Origin: Minisyncoccota bacterium
GTDB lineage: Bacteria > Patescibacteriota > Minisyncoccia > Phycocordibacterales > UBA9973
Length of the DNA: 64,000 nt
Direction of reading: 5' to 3'
NCBI GenBank assembly: GCA_021734995.1
Contig: JAIPHX010000003.1
Coordinates: 75,969-139,968 of the forward strand
Shown: one piece after another, positions 7,903-16,649 of the stretch
How the letters are laid out: each line of letters starts with the position of its first letter
Numbering within the stretch: the stretch's first letter is position 1
The notes under the pieces: model-generated
Told to the model about the DNA's origin: nothing
What the model saw: only the letters and a program-made list of their open reading frames with translations
Databases searched by the model: none
Position numbers and translations under genes: made by a program

Positions 7903-9468
7903 ATGAAAATAAAGAAAATACAACTTATAAATTTTAAGAGATTTGATGATTTGACAATTGATTTAGGGAATATGCCTAAAAAGATTATTGCTTTAGTCGG
8001 CCCCAATGGATCAGGAAAAAGTTCGGTTTTTGATGCATTTGAAGAAAAACTTAAAAACTATAAGGGGACACATCAACAAGAACACGCTTCTTTTTTTGCT
8101 AAACTTTATTTTTCGATTTTTCCTGAAAAGAAAAGTGAATCTTATAATAAAGAAAATTCTATAAAAATAGAAAATGACAATAATAATGAATTTAATAAAA
8201 AAAGTTTTTACATAAGAACAGCCTATCGATTTACTTCAAGATTACAGGTAGATAATTTGAGAAAATTACCTGATGTGATTGATGATGTTAATAGGCCTTA
8301 TAGCTCAAATGCTATGGATAATAGATTGCAGGAAAATTATGAACGGATGTTAAGTAAAGCCTTTCAAGAATTTTTTAATGACACTTCTGGCAAGACGGGT
8401 TTAGTAACAAGAAAGGAACTTATTGATAAAATCAATAATATTTTAGGTAATATTTTAGATATTAAAATATCAAACATTGGTGATGTAACTCAAGGAAAAG
8501 GGCAATTGTTCTTTGAAAAAGAAAGTTCAAAAGATTTTCCTTTTGAAAATCTATCTTCTGGTGAAAAAGAGGTGGTAGATATTATTATAGATTTAATTAT
8601 AAAAACCCCAGAATATGATAACACTGTTTATGCTATAGATGAGCCTGAATTACATCTTAATACTAGCATTCAAAGAAAATTATTGATTGAAATTGAAAAA
8701 CTTATTCCTGATAATTGTCAGATATGGGTAGCGACACACAGTGTGGGATTTTTAAGATCCTTACAAGAAGAACTAAAAGAAAAATCCCAAATAATTGATT
8801 TTTCAGAAAAAGATTGTTTTAATGGAACTCAAACTGCTTACCCAATCAAAACAACTAGACAAAACTGGCAAAGAATTTTTCAAACTGCCCTAGAAGACCT
8901 CACTGGATTAGTAGCTCCAGAAGTAATAATTTATTGTGAGGGTAGACCGGACCCAACAAATTCAGGAGGAGAACAAGGGTTAGACGCAAGTATTTATAAC
9001 TTAATTTTTGGAGAAACTAACCATAATACATTATTTGTCTCGAGTGGAGGAAATGATGTAATTGCTAATTCTACCCTAGCATTAAAAATAATAACTAAAG
9101 CATTTACTAAAGTAAAATTATTTCTACTTAAGGATCGTGACGATCTAACTGAGCAGGAAAGAATCGATTTTCTTGGTGCTTCAAGTAGTAATAAGATGTT
9201 GGAAAGAAGAGAAATAGAAAATTATGTTTTTGACTATGAGATACTAAATGCCTACGCAGTTTCAATAAGTAATAATATAAATAAAACGGATTATGATAAA
9301 ATTGTAACTGATATAGAAAATCAAGATCTTAAATTAGGAACTACTATGGTGGATTTACAAAAATTAGTAAATGGTAAAGGTTCTTTGGAGAGTTTCAAAA
9401 TAGAGTTGTCAAAATTCATAATTCCTACCACAGAAGTATATAAAAGACTTTACACAGTAATTTTTTAA
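7903..9468 (+). CDS. OLD/PARIS-like ABC ATPase fused to Toprim/DUF4435-like domain
   Basis: N-terminal IKKIQLINFKRF. Walker A GPNGSGKSS, signature-like LSSGEKE, Walker B VYAIDEPELHLN (the DEPExHLHP hallmark of AAA_21/OLD), H-loop ATHS. The C-terminus carries a Toprim-like Glu (IIYCEG), DxD (LKDRDDL) and a terminal EIENYV. Confidence 0.65.
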   Translation: MKIKKIQLINFKRFDDLTIDLGNMPKKIIALVGPNGSGKSSVFDAFEEKLKNYKGTHQQEHASFFAKLYFSIFPEKKSESYNKENSIKIENDNNNEFNKKSFYIRTAYRFTSRLQVDNLRKLPDVIDDVNRPYSSNAMDNRLQENYERMLSKAFQEFFNDTSGKTGLVTRKELIDKINNILGNILDIKISNIGDVTQGKGQLFFEKESSKDFPFENLSSGEKEVVDIIIDLIIKTPEYDNTVYAIDEPELHLNTSIQRKLLIEIEKLIPDNCQIWVATHSVGFLRSLQEELKEKSQIIDFSEKDCFNGTQTAYPIKTTRQNWQRIFQTALEDLTGLVAPEVIIYCEGRPDPTNSGGEQGLDASIYNLIFGETNHNTLFVSSGGNDVIANSTLALKIITKAFTKVKLFLLKDRDDLTEQERIDFLGASSSNKMLERREIENYVFDYEILNAYAVSISNNINKTDYDKIVTDIENQDLKLGTTMVDLQKLVNGKGSLESFKIELSKFIIPTTEVYKRLYTVIF

Positions 9469-9470
9469 TT

Positions 9471-10499
9471 ATGGCATATCCACTTATAATTTTTGGAGCA
9501 GGAGCATCTCATGATTTTTCACCCTTAGGGAAAATGGCCCCTCTTACTAATGATCTCGCAGAAGATCAATTTATTCATTCTGGATTTCTTGAAAAATACA
9601 AAGGGGCAGGAAATTTATTAGTAGAAATAATCAATCAAGTAAAAAGTCGCAAAAGAAATTTTGAAGAAGTTTTGACTGAAATACAGAATGATTCCATAAA
9701 ATCTGAGGCTATGCGAAGACGATTCGTAGATTTTGAATTTTATTTAAGAGATTTGTTTTCTTATATTTCAAAACCACATGACTTAAATCGTAAAATACAT
9801 CAAGCTAATAATTATCATGCAATAATAAATCGCATTGATACTTATACAAACGGGAAAGCGTTAATAGCAACATTTAATTATGATTCTTTATTTGAAAATA
9901 GTCTTAGCTCCTTAAAACCAAAAAACATGAGAGATTATATTTCAAGTGATATTAAAATTATTAAATTGCATGGTTCTCATGATTGGGGTTATATTAGAAG
10001 AACATCAGAAATGGAAAGAAAGCATCTTGGTATAAAAGATGGCTATGAACTTTCCATAAAAGAACCTGACATTCTTAAGGAAATTAAAGAGGGTAAATAT
10101 GACCCATATCATATTCAAGAAATAGAAGAAAATGCTGAAAAAAATGATTTTAACTCATTTCCTGCTATAGCTATTCCTTTGATAGGGAAAGATAAATATG
10201 TATGTCCGACTCAACATATTAAAGTTTTTGAACAACATTTACCACAGATAGATAGAGTTTTAATTGTTGGTTGGAGAGCAGAAGATCCATTACTACTTGA
10301 AACACTGAAAAATAATTTACCAAAAGAAGGAGGATATAAAGTTCTTGTTGTTTCTTGGACACTTGAAGGGGCTCAAAAAATAGCCAAGAAAGTTAAAGAA
10401 GGTCTTGGTATTCTTAATGATTTTTATGTTCAAGCCAGAGGAAATGGTTTTTCAACATTTATGGCGGATGAAGCTTCAAAGATTTTTTTCTCTCAATAA
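9471..10499 (+). CDS. SIR2-like (SIR2_2/DHS-like NAD-binding) domain protein
   Basis: LIIFGAGASHDF at the N-terminus. ATFNYDSLFE and IIKLHGSHDW match the TTNYD...KLHGS hallmarks of defence-associated SIR2_2 domains. Starts 3 nt after the ATPase gene. Confidence 0.6.
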   Translation: MAYPLIIFGAGASHDFSPLGKMAPLTNDLAEDQFIHSGFLEKYKGAGNLLVEIINQVKSRKRNFEEVLTEIQNDSIKSEAMRRRFVDFEFYLRDLFSYISKPHDLNRKIHQANNYHAIINRIDTYTNGKALIATFNYDSLFENSLSSLKPKNMRDYISSDIKIIKLHGSHDWGYIRRTSEMERKHLGIKDGYELSIKEPDILKEIKEGKYDPYHIQEIEENAEKNDFNSFPAIAIPLIGKDKYVCPTQHIKVFEQHLPQIDRVLIVGWRAEDPLLLETLKNNLPKEGGYKVLVVSWTLEGAQKIAKKVKEGLGILNDFYVQARGNGFSTFMADEASKIFFSQ

Positions 10500-10504
10500 T
10501 TATT

Positions 10505-10942
10505 ATGAAAACAATTATACAAATTTTAATAATTTCATTTTTAATTATTCCTAATTTTTCATTTGCTCATCCGGGCCGAACAGATTCTTCTGGTTGTCAT
10601 ACTTGTCGGACAAATTGTTCTAATTGGGGATTATCTACGGGTGAGTATCATTGTCATAATGCTAAAGCATTGCCACAACCAGAAGAGCCAATTAAAAGCA
10701 CTTATGGAGAAAACGGGACCGGATACACAACACTAGCACCGGAGTATAAGATTCCAGCAACACCTAAAAAAGTAATTCCAAAAGTTGTTGAACAAAAACC
10801 TGTTTCTACTACGCCCATAAACAAAATTGAAACATCACAAAATACAAAAATAGAAACTCCCGCTCCTTATCCAGTTCCAATACAAACCCCAGAACCTGTT
10901 AAGAAAAAAAGTTTCTGGTCAAAGATATTTTGGTTTTGGTAA
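10505..10942 (+). CDS. secreted protein with YHYH-like Cys/His motif
   Basis: Signal peptide. HPGRTDSSGCHTCRTNC...GEYHCHN resembles the HPGxxDxxGGH...YHYH domain. Pro-rich C-terminus. Confidence 0.4.
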   Translation: MKTIIQILIISFLIIPNFSFAHPGRTDSSGCHTCRTNCSNWGLSTGEYHCHNAKALPQPEEPIKSTYGENGTGYTTLAPEYKIPATPKKVIPKVVEQKPVSTTPINKIETSQNTKIETPAPYPVPIQTPEPVKKKSFWSKIFWFW

Positions 10943-10951
10943 ATAATTTTT

Positions 10952-11581
10952 ATGACAGCTAAAGATCATGTAAAAGAATGGTTAGATAGTATCTCTAAAC
11001 GAGGTGGCTATATAGAAAAACAAGAAATTATTTTTCTAATGGTTCAAGCACGACACTTAATCGAAAACCACCCCAATATCTCTAAATATAGAACAATTGA
11101 ATTTTATAGTAATTGGGTAGTTCATACTCAACTGGATAGACCATCAGAAGTGAGTTTATCTATATTTCGAGACATCACAAAAATACTTTCAGCTAATTGG
11201 AATCCTACTGACCCAGAAATGGGAAATCAAATATCAAAAGTAATTGGCCTTTCCACTTTAAGAACTGAACTTGTCTCTTTATTTCAAGAGAATAATCTTA
11301 ATGTTGAACTTTTTAGTATTTATGAAAATTGGAAAAATATCGCAGTATTTTTGATTTACTTTTTGCAAAATAAACCATTGGTATTTCCTAAAACTACAAA
11401 AAATAAGTTTAAGCTCCTTATTGAAGAAATAATGAATCTTAAGAAACCGGCTGACTTTTGGATAAAAAACTTATCTATAATCGGGATAGATAATCGTCCC
11501 CATTGGTGCTTTGAATTAGGGGGTGAAAAAAATACTACGAAAATTATTGGAGAACTATTTATTGAAAAAGACCCTGCTTAA
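10952..11581 (+). CDS. hypothetical protein
   Basis: 209-aa ORF with no motif. It is the last gene before the first cassette-boundary repeat. Confidence 0.4.
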   Translation: MTAKDHVKEWLDSISKRGGYIEKQEIIFLMVQARHLIENHPNISKYRTIEFYSNWVVHTQLDRPSEVSLSIFRDITKILSANWNPTDPEMGNQISKVIGLSTLRTELVSLFQENNLNVELFSIYENWKNIAVFLIYFLQNKPLVFPKTTKNKFKLLIEEIMNLKKPADFWIKNLSIIGIDNRPHWCFELGGEKNTTKIIGELFIEKDPA

Positions 11582-11649
11582 TTAAACAAAAGAGATTTAA
11601 TTTCTGCTAGTGCAATACTAGGGAAAGGATATTCATTTAGCCAATCTAT

Positions 11650-11738
11650 CGTTCGAAAGTCATCCACCAAAGCGAGCCATCAAAAAACAGCTCAAATACT
11701 GGGCTGTTTTTTTGTTACCCCAATAGGGTTCAGAACTC
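11650..11738 (+). repeat. cassette-boundary repeat copy R0 (degenerate, contains terminator hairpin)
   Basis: cgttcgaaagtcatccaccaaagcgagcca ... agggttcagaactc. The embedded hairpin aacagc-tcaaatactgg-gctgtt plus T7 (11686..11713) is followed by tttgttataat and the ATG at 11751. Confidence 0.6.
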
Positions 11739-11750
11739 AAATTTGTTATA

Positions 11751-12461
11751 ATGGTAGTAATGAAAAAGATTATTATCTATTTTTTATCGGCAATACTCAT
11801 TCTCGTAGTTTGTGGATATGGACTGCTTCAAATCAGTAAATCACGCACTTTTCAATTTTTCGGCAGTATCGTAAACCGAGTTGATACTGAAGAAAAAGTT
11901 ATTGCCCTCACATTTGATGACGGACCAGAGACACACACGAATGAGATACTGGATGTACTGCAGGAAAAGCAAATAAAAGCCACATTTTATGTGATTGGTG
12001 AAAGATTGCAGGAAAACTTAGAGATTGGACAGCGTATTACTGATGAGGGACACGAACTTGGCAACCATTCGTACACGCATCAGAGATTTTTATTCAAACC
12101 TCTATCTTTTATAGATAGTGAAATTCAAAATACAAATCAACTTATCCGAGAAGCAGGATATGAAGGAGCTATAACATTCCGCCCTCCTTATGGAAAAAAG
12201 CTTCTGGGACTTCCTTGGTATCTAAATAAACACAACATTGAAACTATTATGGTTGATGTTGAACCTGATACTTATGGCACAACGTCGGACTTCTTTGTTG
12301 AATATACGATTGCAAATACAAAAGCTGGCTCTATTATACTTCTTCACCCATTTTGTGAGACCTGTAGTGAACAAAGAAAAGCTGTTCCGCTAATAATAGA
12401 TGCACTGAAGGAAAAGGGTTATACATTTGTTACGGTTTCTGAATTGCTTTCCAGAAGATAA
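11751..12461 (+). CDS. polysaccharide deacetylase (NodB homology domain)
   Basis: TFDDGPETHT...GNHSYTHQ motifs of carbohydrate esterase family 4. N-terminal TM anchor. Confidence 0.75.
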   Translation: MVVMKKIIIYFLSAILILVVCGYGLLQISKSRTFQFFGSIVNRVDTEEKVIALTFDDGPETHTNEILDVLQEKQIKATFYVIGERLQENLEIGQRITDEGHELGNHSYTHQRFLFKPLSFIDSEIQNTNQLIREAGYEGAITFRPPYGKKLLGLPWYLNKHNIETIMVDVEPDTYGTTSDFFVEYTIANTKAGSIILLHPFCETCSEQRKAVPLIIDALKEKGYTFVTVSELLSRR

Positions 12462-12538
12462 ATCACTTAGCTAAAGCTATAAGATTATTGATTGTATTCA
12501 AATGATATTCAGGATCGGGATATAAAGTAGCCCAGTCA

Positions 12539-12648
12539 AAAGTTCGAAATGCACACCTCCATTCGAGCAAAATAAAACGTAGAGAATACGCTGATACATA
12601 TAGAGTTAAAAGTGTGAAATATCCTACCTGTGAACAGGGTTCGAACTT
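12539..12648 (+). repeat. cassette-boundary repeat copy R1 (variant 5' half)
   Basis: aagttcgaaatgcacacctccattcgagcaaaat ... cagggttcgaactttt. It shares a ~70-bp upstream extension (gatattcaggatc...) with copy 13201..13275. Confidence 0.65.
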
Positions 12649-13143
12649 TTACAATAACTTCCTAACTCTTTCAGTAAATGTATTCATATGGTAATGAAGT
12701 GGAAAAGGTACAAGCACTCCATTGTTTACAACGTTGAACCCGTCCTCGAGGAGAGGTTTTTCTAATAATCTACAAATGTTAGATTTGACTAAAATGATAG
12801 GTATCTGTTTGTCGCCTATAATAGATCGCAAATCATTCTTGAAGTTTTCGTAATTAGACAAAATAAGTTTGTCCGCTTCTTTATCTGAGAGTTTATTAAC
12901 CGGGGTGTAAATTGGATTAACTAACAAATATCCCTTACTAGCCAATTTCTTCAAACCCTCATCTTTGTTGGTGGGAGAGAAATCTATAACGGCTTTCATA
13001 AAGGCACGAAACAATACTTCCGAAACACGTCCACTTGGATCGTAAAAATAACCGTGACCTGCTGGCGGGGACTCTAATACAAAAATAGCCTTAATCTTTT
13101 TAGGTAGATATTTATTCCGTAGAGAAACATAGTCCGTGTCCAT
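12649..13143 (-). CDS. hypothetical protein (inverted cassette)
   Basis: 164-aa ORF on the opposite strand to most cassettes. No motif recognised. Confidence 0.45.
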   Translation of the reverse strand: MDTDYVSLRNKYLPKKIKAIFVLESPPAGHGYFYDPSGRVSEVLFRAFMKAVIDFSPTNKDEGLKKLASKGYLLVNPIYTPVNKLSDKEADKLILSNYENFKNDLRSIIGDKQIPIILVKSNICRLLEKPLLEDGFNVVNNGVLVPFPLHYHMNTFTERVRKLL

Positions 13144-13200
13144 ATAAGTATTATATAAAAATTAGCGTGCCAAAGCGATTAGTCTGTCGATTTGCCCTAA

Positions 13201-13275
13201 GTGATATTCAGGATCTGTGTATACACCAACCCAATCAAAAGTTCGAAATGCGTCCCTCCACTCGAGCCAACAAAT
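13201..13275 (+). repeat. cassette-boundary repeat, 5' half-copy
   Basis: gtgatattcaggatctgtgtatacaccaacccaatcaaaagttcgaaatgcgtccctccactcgagcc. No 3' GTTCGAACC partner. Confidence 0.55.
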
Positions 13276-13278
13276 TTT

Positions 13279-14163
13279 TTAAAAATTAATAAAATAGTTT
13301 TTCTTATTAAACCATTTATCATACCAAGGGCTCGGGTCTTTATTTTCTTTTCCATAATAATGCCAAAGGTCATTCAGGGCACAATGAGCAAAAAGAAGTT
13401 TTCTGTCTATTTTTTCTCCTTTCAATTTTTCGTACTCAAGAACCATAGCTATTCCTAGATCAATATCATAACGACCCATTAATTGACGAAAATCAACTTC
13501 TGGATGGTCTAAACAAACATTTCCAAAATCTATTAATCCATTAAATTTATAAGAAGTAGTATCTATTATAATATTCTTCCAATGAAAATCACTATGAGTT
13601 AAAACTAGATTACTCTCAGAAAGAGAAAGCTCAATAATCTGACTAATTTCTGTAATTAGTTTTCCTATATTTTCCGACTTATCTTTATAACTATTTATAA
13701 TACTTGCCTGATGTTGTCTTTTTGTATGATAGTTTTTATTGGGACAAGACTGAAGATCTATATTAATTTTTTGACTATGAAATTCATACAAAAAAGAACC
13801 TAGTTGTTTACCTAGCTCTTTTTTCTTCTCTTCGTCCATTTTGAATAAAAATGGTTTAAGTATCTCTCCTTTAATTAGATTTGATAAATAACAATTGAAA
13901 TTCGAGTTACGATAAATCAATTCAGGCATGTGATGCATTTTCCCATTTAAAGATTCAAGAATAGCACTCTCTGTATTAATATCATTTACCTCTATTCCTT
14001 TTGGGTTTTTCTTAGCTACCTTAAGTACATACTGATTATCGATTAAAAATATTTCATTTGCGTTTCCTTCAGCAAAAGATTCTATTTTCCCAACAGGATT
14101 AATTAAATTCAATTCATCTATTTTTTGAACTATTTTTTTAATTTGATCCATTTCTAATGCCAT
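13279..14163 (-). CDS. aminoglycoside/antibiotic phosphotransferase-like kinase (APH/choline-kinase fold)
   Basis: Brenner motif LTHSDFHWKNIII and IDFGN (the HxDxxxxN...DFG pattern of the APH family). Confidence 0.65.
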   Translation of the reverse strand: MALEMDQIKKIVQKIDELNLINPVGKIESFAEGNANEIFLIDNQYVLKVAKKNPKGIEVNDINTESAILESLNGKMHHMPELIYRNSNFNCYLSNLIKGEILKPFLFKMDEEKKKELGKQLGSFLYEFHSQKINIDLQSCPNKNYHTKRQHQASIINSYKDKSENIGKLITEISQIIELSLSESNLVLTHSDFHWKNIIIDTTSYKFNGLIDFGNVCLDHPEVDFRQLMGRYDIDLGIAMVLEYEKLKGEKIDRKLLFAHCALNDLWHYYGKENKDPSPWYDKWFNKKNYFINF

Positions 14164-14440
14164 ATATTATTAATATACCTTATTTTTCCTTATTCAGACA
14201 GTTTCAAACATCATCCCAAACTCGGATCCATTTTAAAAAATTATATTTTATAATAATCATTTTGATACTAGATAGGGAAACTAAGTCATACATAAGTATC
14301 TCATATAAAAGGTAGGGGTCGTTTCCAGGGTCCAGAGACCCCCCTGCTTGCGTTTCTATAATAATTCTATATTAAAGATAATAAATGAGTAATCTCCTTG
14401 TTTGTTGTTTCTATGTCTCCCACAGCTTTAGGCCAATCAT

Positions 14441-14528
14441 AAGTTCGGAAAGCAGACTCCCACGCGAGCAGAGTTTAACCCATATTTTATAAAGGTTATT
14501 TTTCGGAGGTTAGTATAAGTTCGAACCT
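14441..14528 (+). repeat. cassette-boundary repeat copy R2
   Basis: aagttcggaaagcagactcccacgcgagcagag ... cccatattttataaaggttatttttcggaggttagtataagttcgaacct. A degenerate 5' half also sits at 14203..14230. Confidence 0.7.
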
Positions 14529-14576
14529 AAGTATATAGTGCTACTTACAGTGGGATAAATATGATAAGATAAAAAA

Positions 14577-15062
14577 ATGACAGAAGAATTTTCAAAACCT
14601 AATTTTAATTTAGAAAATATAATTGATCAAAAAATATTTGATAAAAATAGGAATTTTCATGGAGTAAAAGGTCTTGTTTTTATCGGTGATAAAATTCTTA
14701 CATACAGAAGAGATACTAAAACAAAAAGTTTTCCACTATATATAGATTTACCTGGTGGTGGTAAAGAAGAAGGTGAATCGCCATTTGATACTTTTAAAAG
14801 AGAGACTAAAGAAGAATTTGGAATTGAAATAAATCCTGATGATGTAAAATATGCAAAACAATATATGAGTGCAATGGATACAACCAAGGAATCATATTTT
14901 ATTGTTGTTAATCCATTAAATATGAAAGAAAGCGATGTAGTTTTTGGAGATGAAGGATTAGAGCCTGTGTTAATTACCCCTGATGAATATTTGAAGTTAA
15001 ATGATGCAATCAAAAGACAACAGGATAAAGTAGTAGATTACCTAGCTACATTTAAAGAGTAG
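14577..15062 (+). CDS. NUDIX hydrolase
   Basis: Nudix box GGGKEEGESPFDTFKRETKEEFGI (Gx5Ex7REUxEExGU). Confidence 0.75.
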   Translation: MTEEFSKPNFNLENIIDQKIFDKNRNFHGVKGLVFIGDKILTYRRDTKTKSFPLYIDLPGGGKEEGESPFDTFKRETKEEFGIEINPDDVKYAKQYMSAMDTTKESYFIVVNPLNMKESDVVFGDEGLEPVLITPDEYLKLNDAIKRQQDKVVDYLATFKE

Positions 15063-15086
15063 ATTATTCTTTCTCTAATATACTCC

Positions 15087-15172
15087 CTCGAACTTCATCC
15101 CAAGTTCGGAGCCATTTTTTGAACCTTAATTTGCAATGGTTATTTTTCGAAGGTTAGTAGAAGTTCGAACCT
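15087..15172 (+). repeat. cassette-boundary repeat copy R3
   Basis: cctcgaacttcatcccaagttcggagcc ... ggttatttttcgaaggttagtagaagttcgaacct. Confidence 0.7.
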
Positions 15173-15196
15173 ACTCTTTATGTTATAATTCCCTTT

Positions 15197-15967
15197 ATGA
15201 AAGAATTTCAGAAACCTATTGGTAGGTTAGATGGCCATACTTTTGTTTTAGGTACTGCTGTCAAAAAAGAAATAATCGGGATTTTGTCAAAAAAATCCTC
15301 TCAAAAAGCAACTCAAGAAACTCTAGCTGCTTTTGTTCCTGAAAGAGTTCGAAGTGTTGCTGTAAATCCAAAAAACATAGAACTCTATCAACTTTCCGAT
15401 GAACAAGGTGAAATTTCAGTACTAGTACTTGAAAAAGATTATCCTACTAAACTAACTGATAAAGAAGAGTATAGTAAGTGGAAACACAATATTGAATTAG
15501 CAAAACAAGTACAAGAAAGAGTAAGATTCAAAATCTTACCTAATGCTCCTACCTCTGTAAACAAACTACATGCAAAATTTAGTTCACTAATTGACTCAGG
15601 ATATTTATCTCTCTCTACTAGAGTCCTTATGTTTACCAAAGTATTATTATACCCAAGCAATCCAGAGGCTTTATTTGTGAAAGATTTTGATGGTGAGACT
15701 CAGCAAGGGATTGGGCAAGATTTTTATAAAAACCAACTCCCAGTATTGGCTAAGAATTTAGGACTAAGGTTTGTTGTAGGACAAAATAATGGCGGAAATT
15801 TTACTTTCTTCAAGGATACACTAGGAAGATATACTCAGGAAGACTTGAAACCAGAATTCAGAGTTGTGCTCTTTCCTGATCATATAAATGATAGATTTTT
15901 TACTATTCAGTTTTTATATCCTGAAGATATTGAGAAATATGTCCAGAAAGAAGCAATTAAGTCTTAA
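15197..15967 (+). CDS. hypothetical protein (cassette)
   Basis: 256-aa ORF between two repeat copies. No motif recognised. Confidence 0.45.
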   Translation: MKEFQKPIGRLDGHTFVLGTAVKKEIIGILSKKSSQKATQETLAAFVPERVRSVAVNPKNIELYQLSDEQGEISVLVLEKDYPTKLTDKEEYSKWKHNIELAKQVQERVRFKILPNAPTSVNKLHAKFSSLIDSGYLSLSTRVLMFTKVLLYPSNPEALFVKDFDGETQQGIGQDFYKNQLPVLAKNLGLRFVVGQNNGGNFTFFKDTLGRYTQEDLKPEFRVVLFPDHINDRFFTIQFLYPEDIEKYVQKEAIKS

Positions 15968-15976
15968 GTAATACCA

Positions 15977-16062
15977 TTCGAACATCACCCCAAGTTCGGA
16001 GCAGAATTTCAAACCATATTTTATAAAGGTTATTTTTTGGAGGTTAGTAGAAGTTCGAACCT
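15977..16062 (+). repeat. cassette-boundary repeat copy R4 (near-consensus)
   Basis: ttcgaacatcaccccaagttcggagcagaatttcaaaccatattttataaaggttattttttggaggttagtagaagttcgaacct. The -10 tgatataat (16065..16073) follows, with a GTG start at 16080. Confidence 0.75.
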
Positions 16063-16079
16063 AATGATATAATTCCTTT

Positions 16080-16532
16080 GTGAATAATTTTCTCCAGCAA
16101 GCAATAGAATTATCAAAAAAATCTATCGAACAAGGAGGTTTTCCTGTTGGTGCTCTAGTGGTAAAAGATGAGGTCATAATCTCTGAAGGACTTAGTGACG
16201 GAAAAAATAGAAAGGACGCTACTAGCCACGCGGAGATCGAAGCAATAAGAAACGCCTCAATTAAATTAGATACTCGTGACTTAAAAGGTTGTGAAGTATA
16301 CTCTTCGATGGAACCTTGTCTTATGTGTTTTTCTGCTTGTTATTGGGCAAAAATAACAAAGATAGTATATGCCGTCGGAAAGGATAAACTTTCCAAGCAA
16401 CATTATGAAGGATTACATTCAATTGAAAATATCAATACAGAAAATAACAGGCAAATTGAAATTATTCATATCAAAGAATTAGAAAACGAAGCTCTTTCCC
16501 TTATCCAAGATTGGGAAAAGAATCTAAGATAG
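16080..16532 (+). CDS. CMP/dCMP-type zinc deaminase (TadA/guanine deaminase-like)
   Basis: HAEIEAI ... SSMEPCLMCFSAC zinc-binding motifs (H-A-E, PCxxC). GTG start. Confidence 0.7.
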   Translation: MNNFLQQAIELSKKSIEQGGFPVGALVVKDEVIISEGLSDGKNRKDATSHAEIEAIRNASIKLDTRDLKGCEVYSSMEPCLMCFSACYWAKITKIVYAVGKDKLSKQHYEGLHSIENINTENNRQIEIIHIKELENEALSLIQDWEKNLR

Positions 16533-16535
16533 CCA

Positions 16536-16621
16536 TTCGAATATCATTCCAAGTCTAGAGTCAACAAAATCACCTTATTTTACACGGTGATTTTTTCCTA
16601 CCTTGATATAAGTTCGAACCT
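16536..16621 (+). repeat. cassette-boundary repeat copy R5 (central terminator hairpin)
   Basis: ttcgaatatcattccaagtctagagtc-aacaaaatcacc-ttattttacac-ggtgatttttt-cctaccttgatataagttcgaacct. A 9-bp stem plus T-run sits in the variable core. Confidence 0.7.
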
Positions 16622-16649
16622 AAATGTTTTTTGTGTATAATATAAATAT

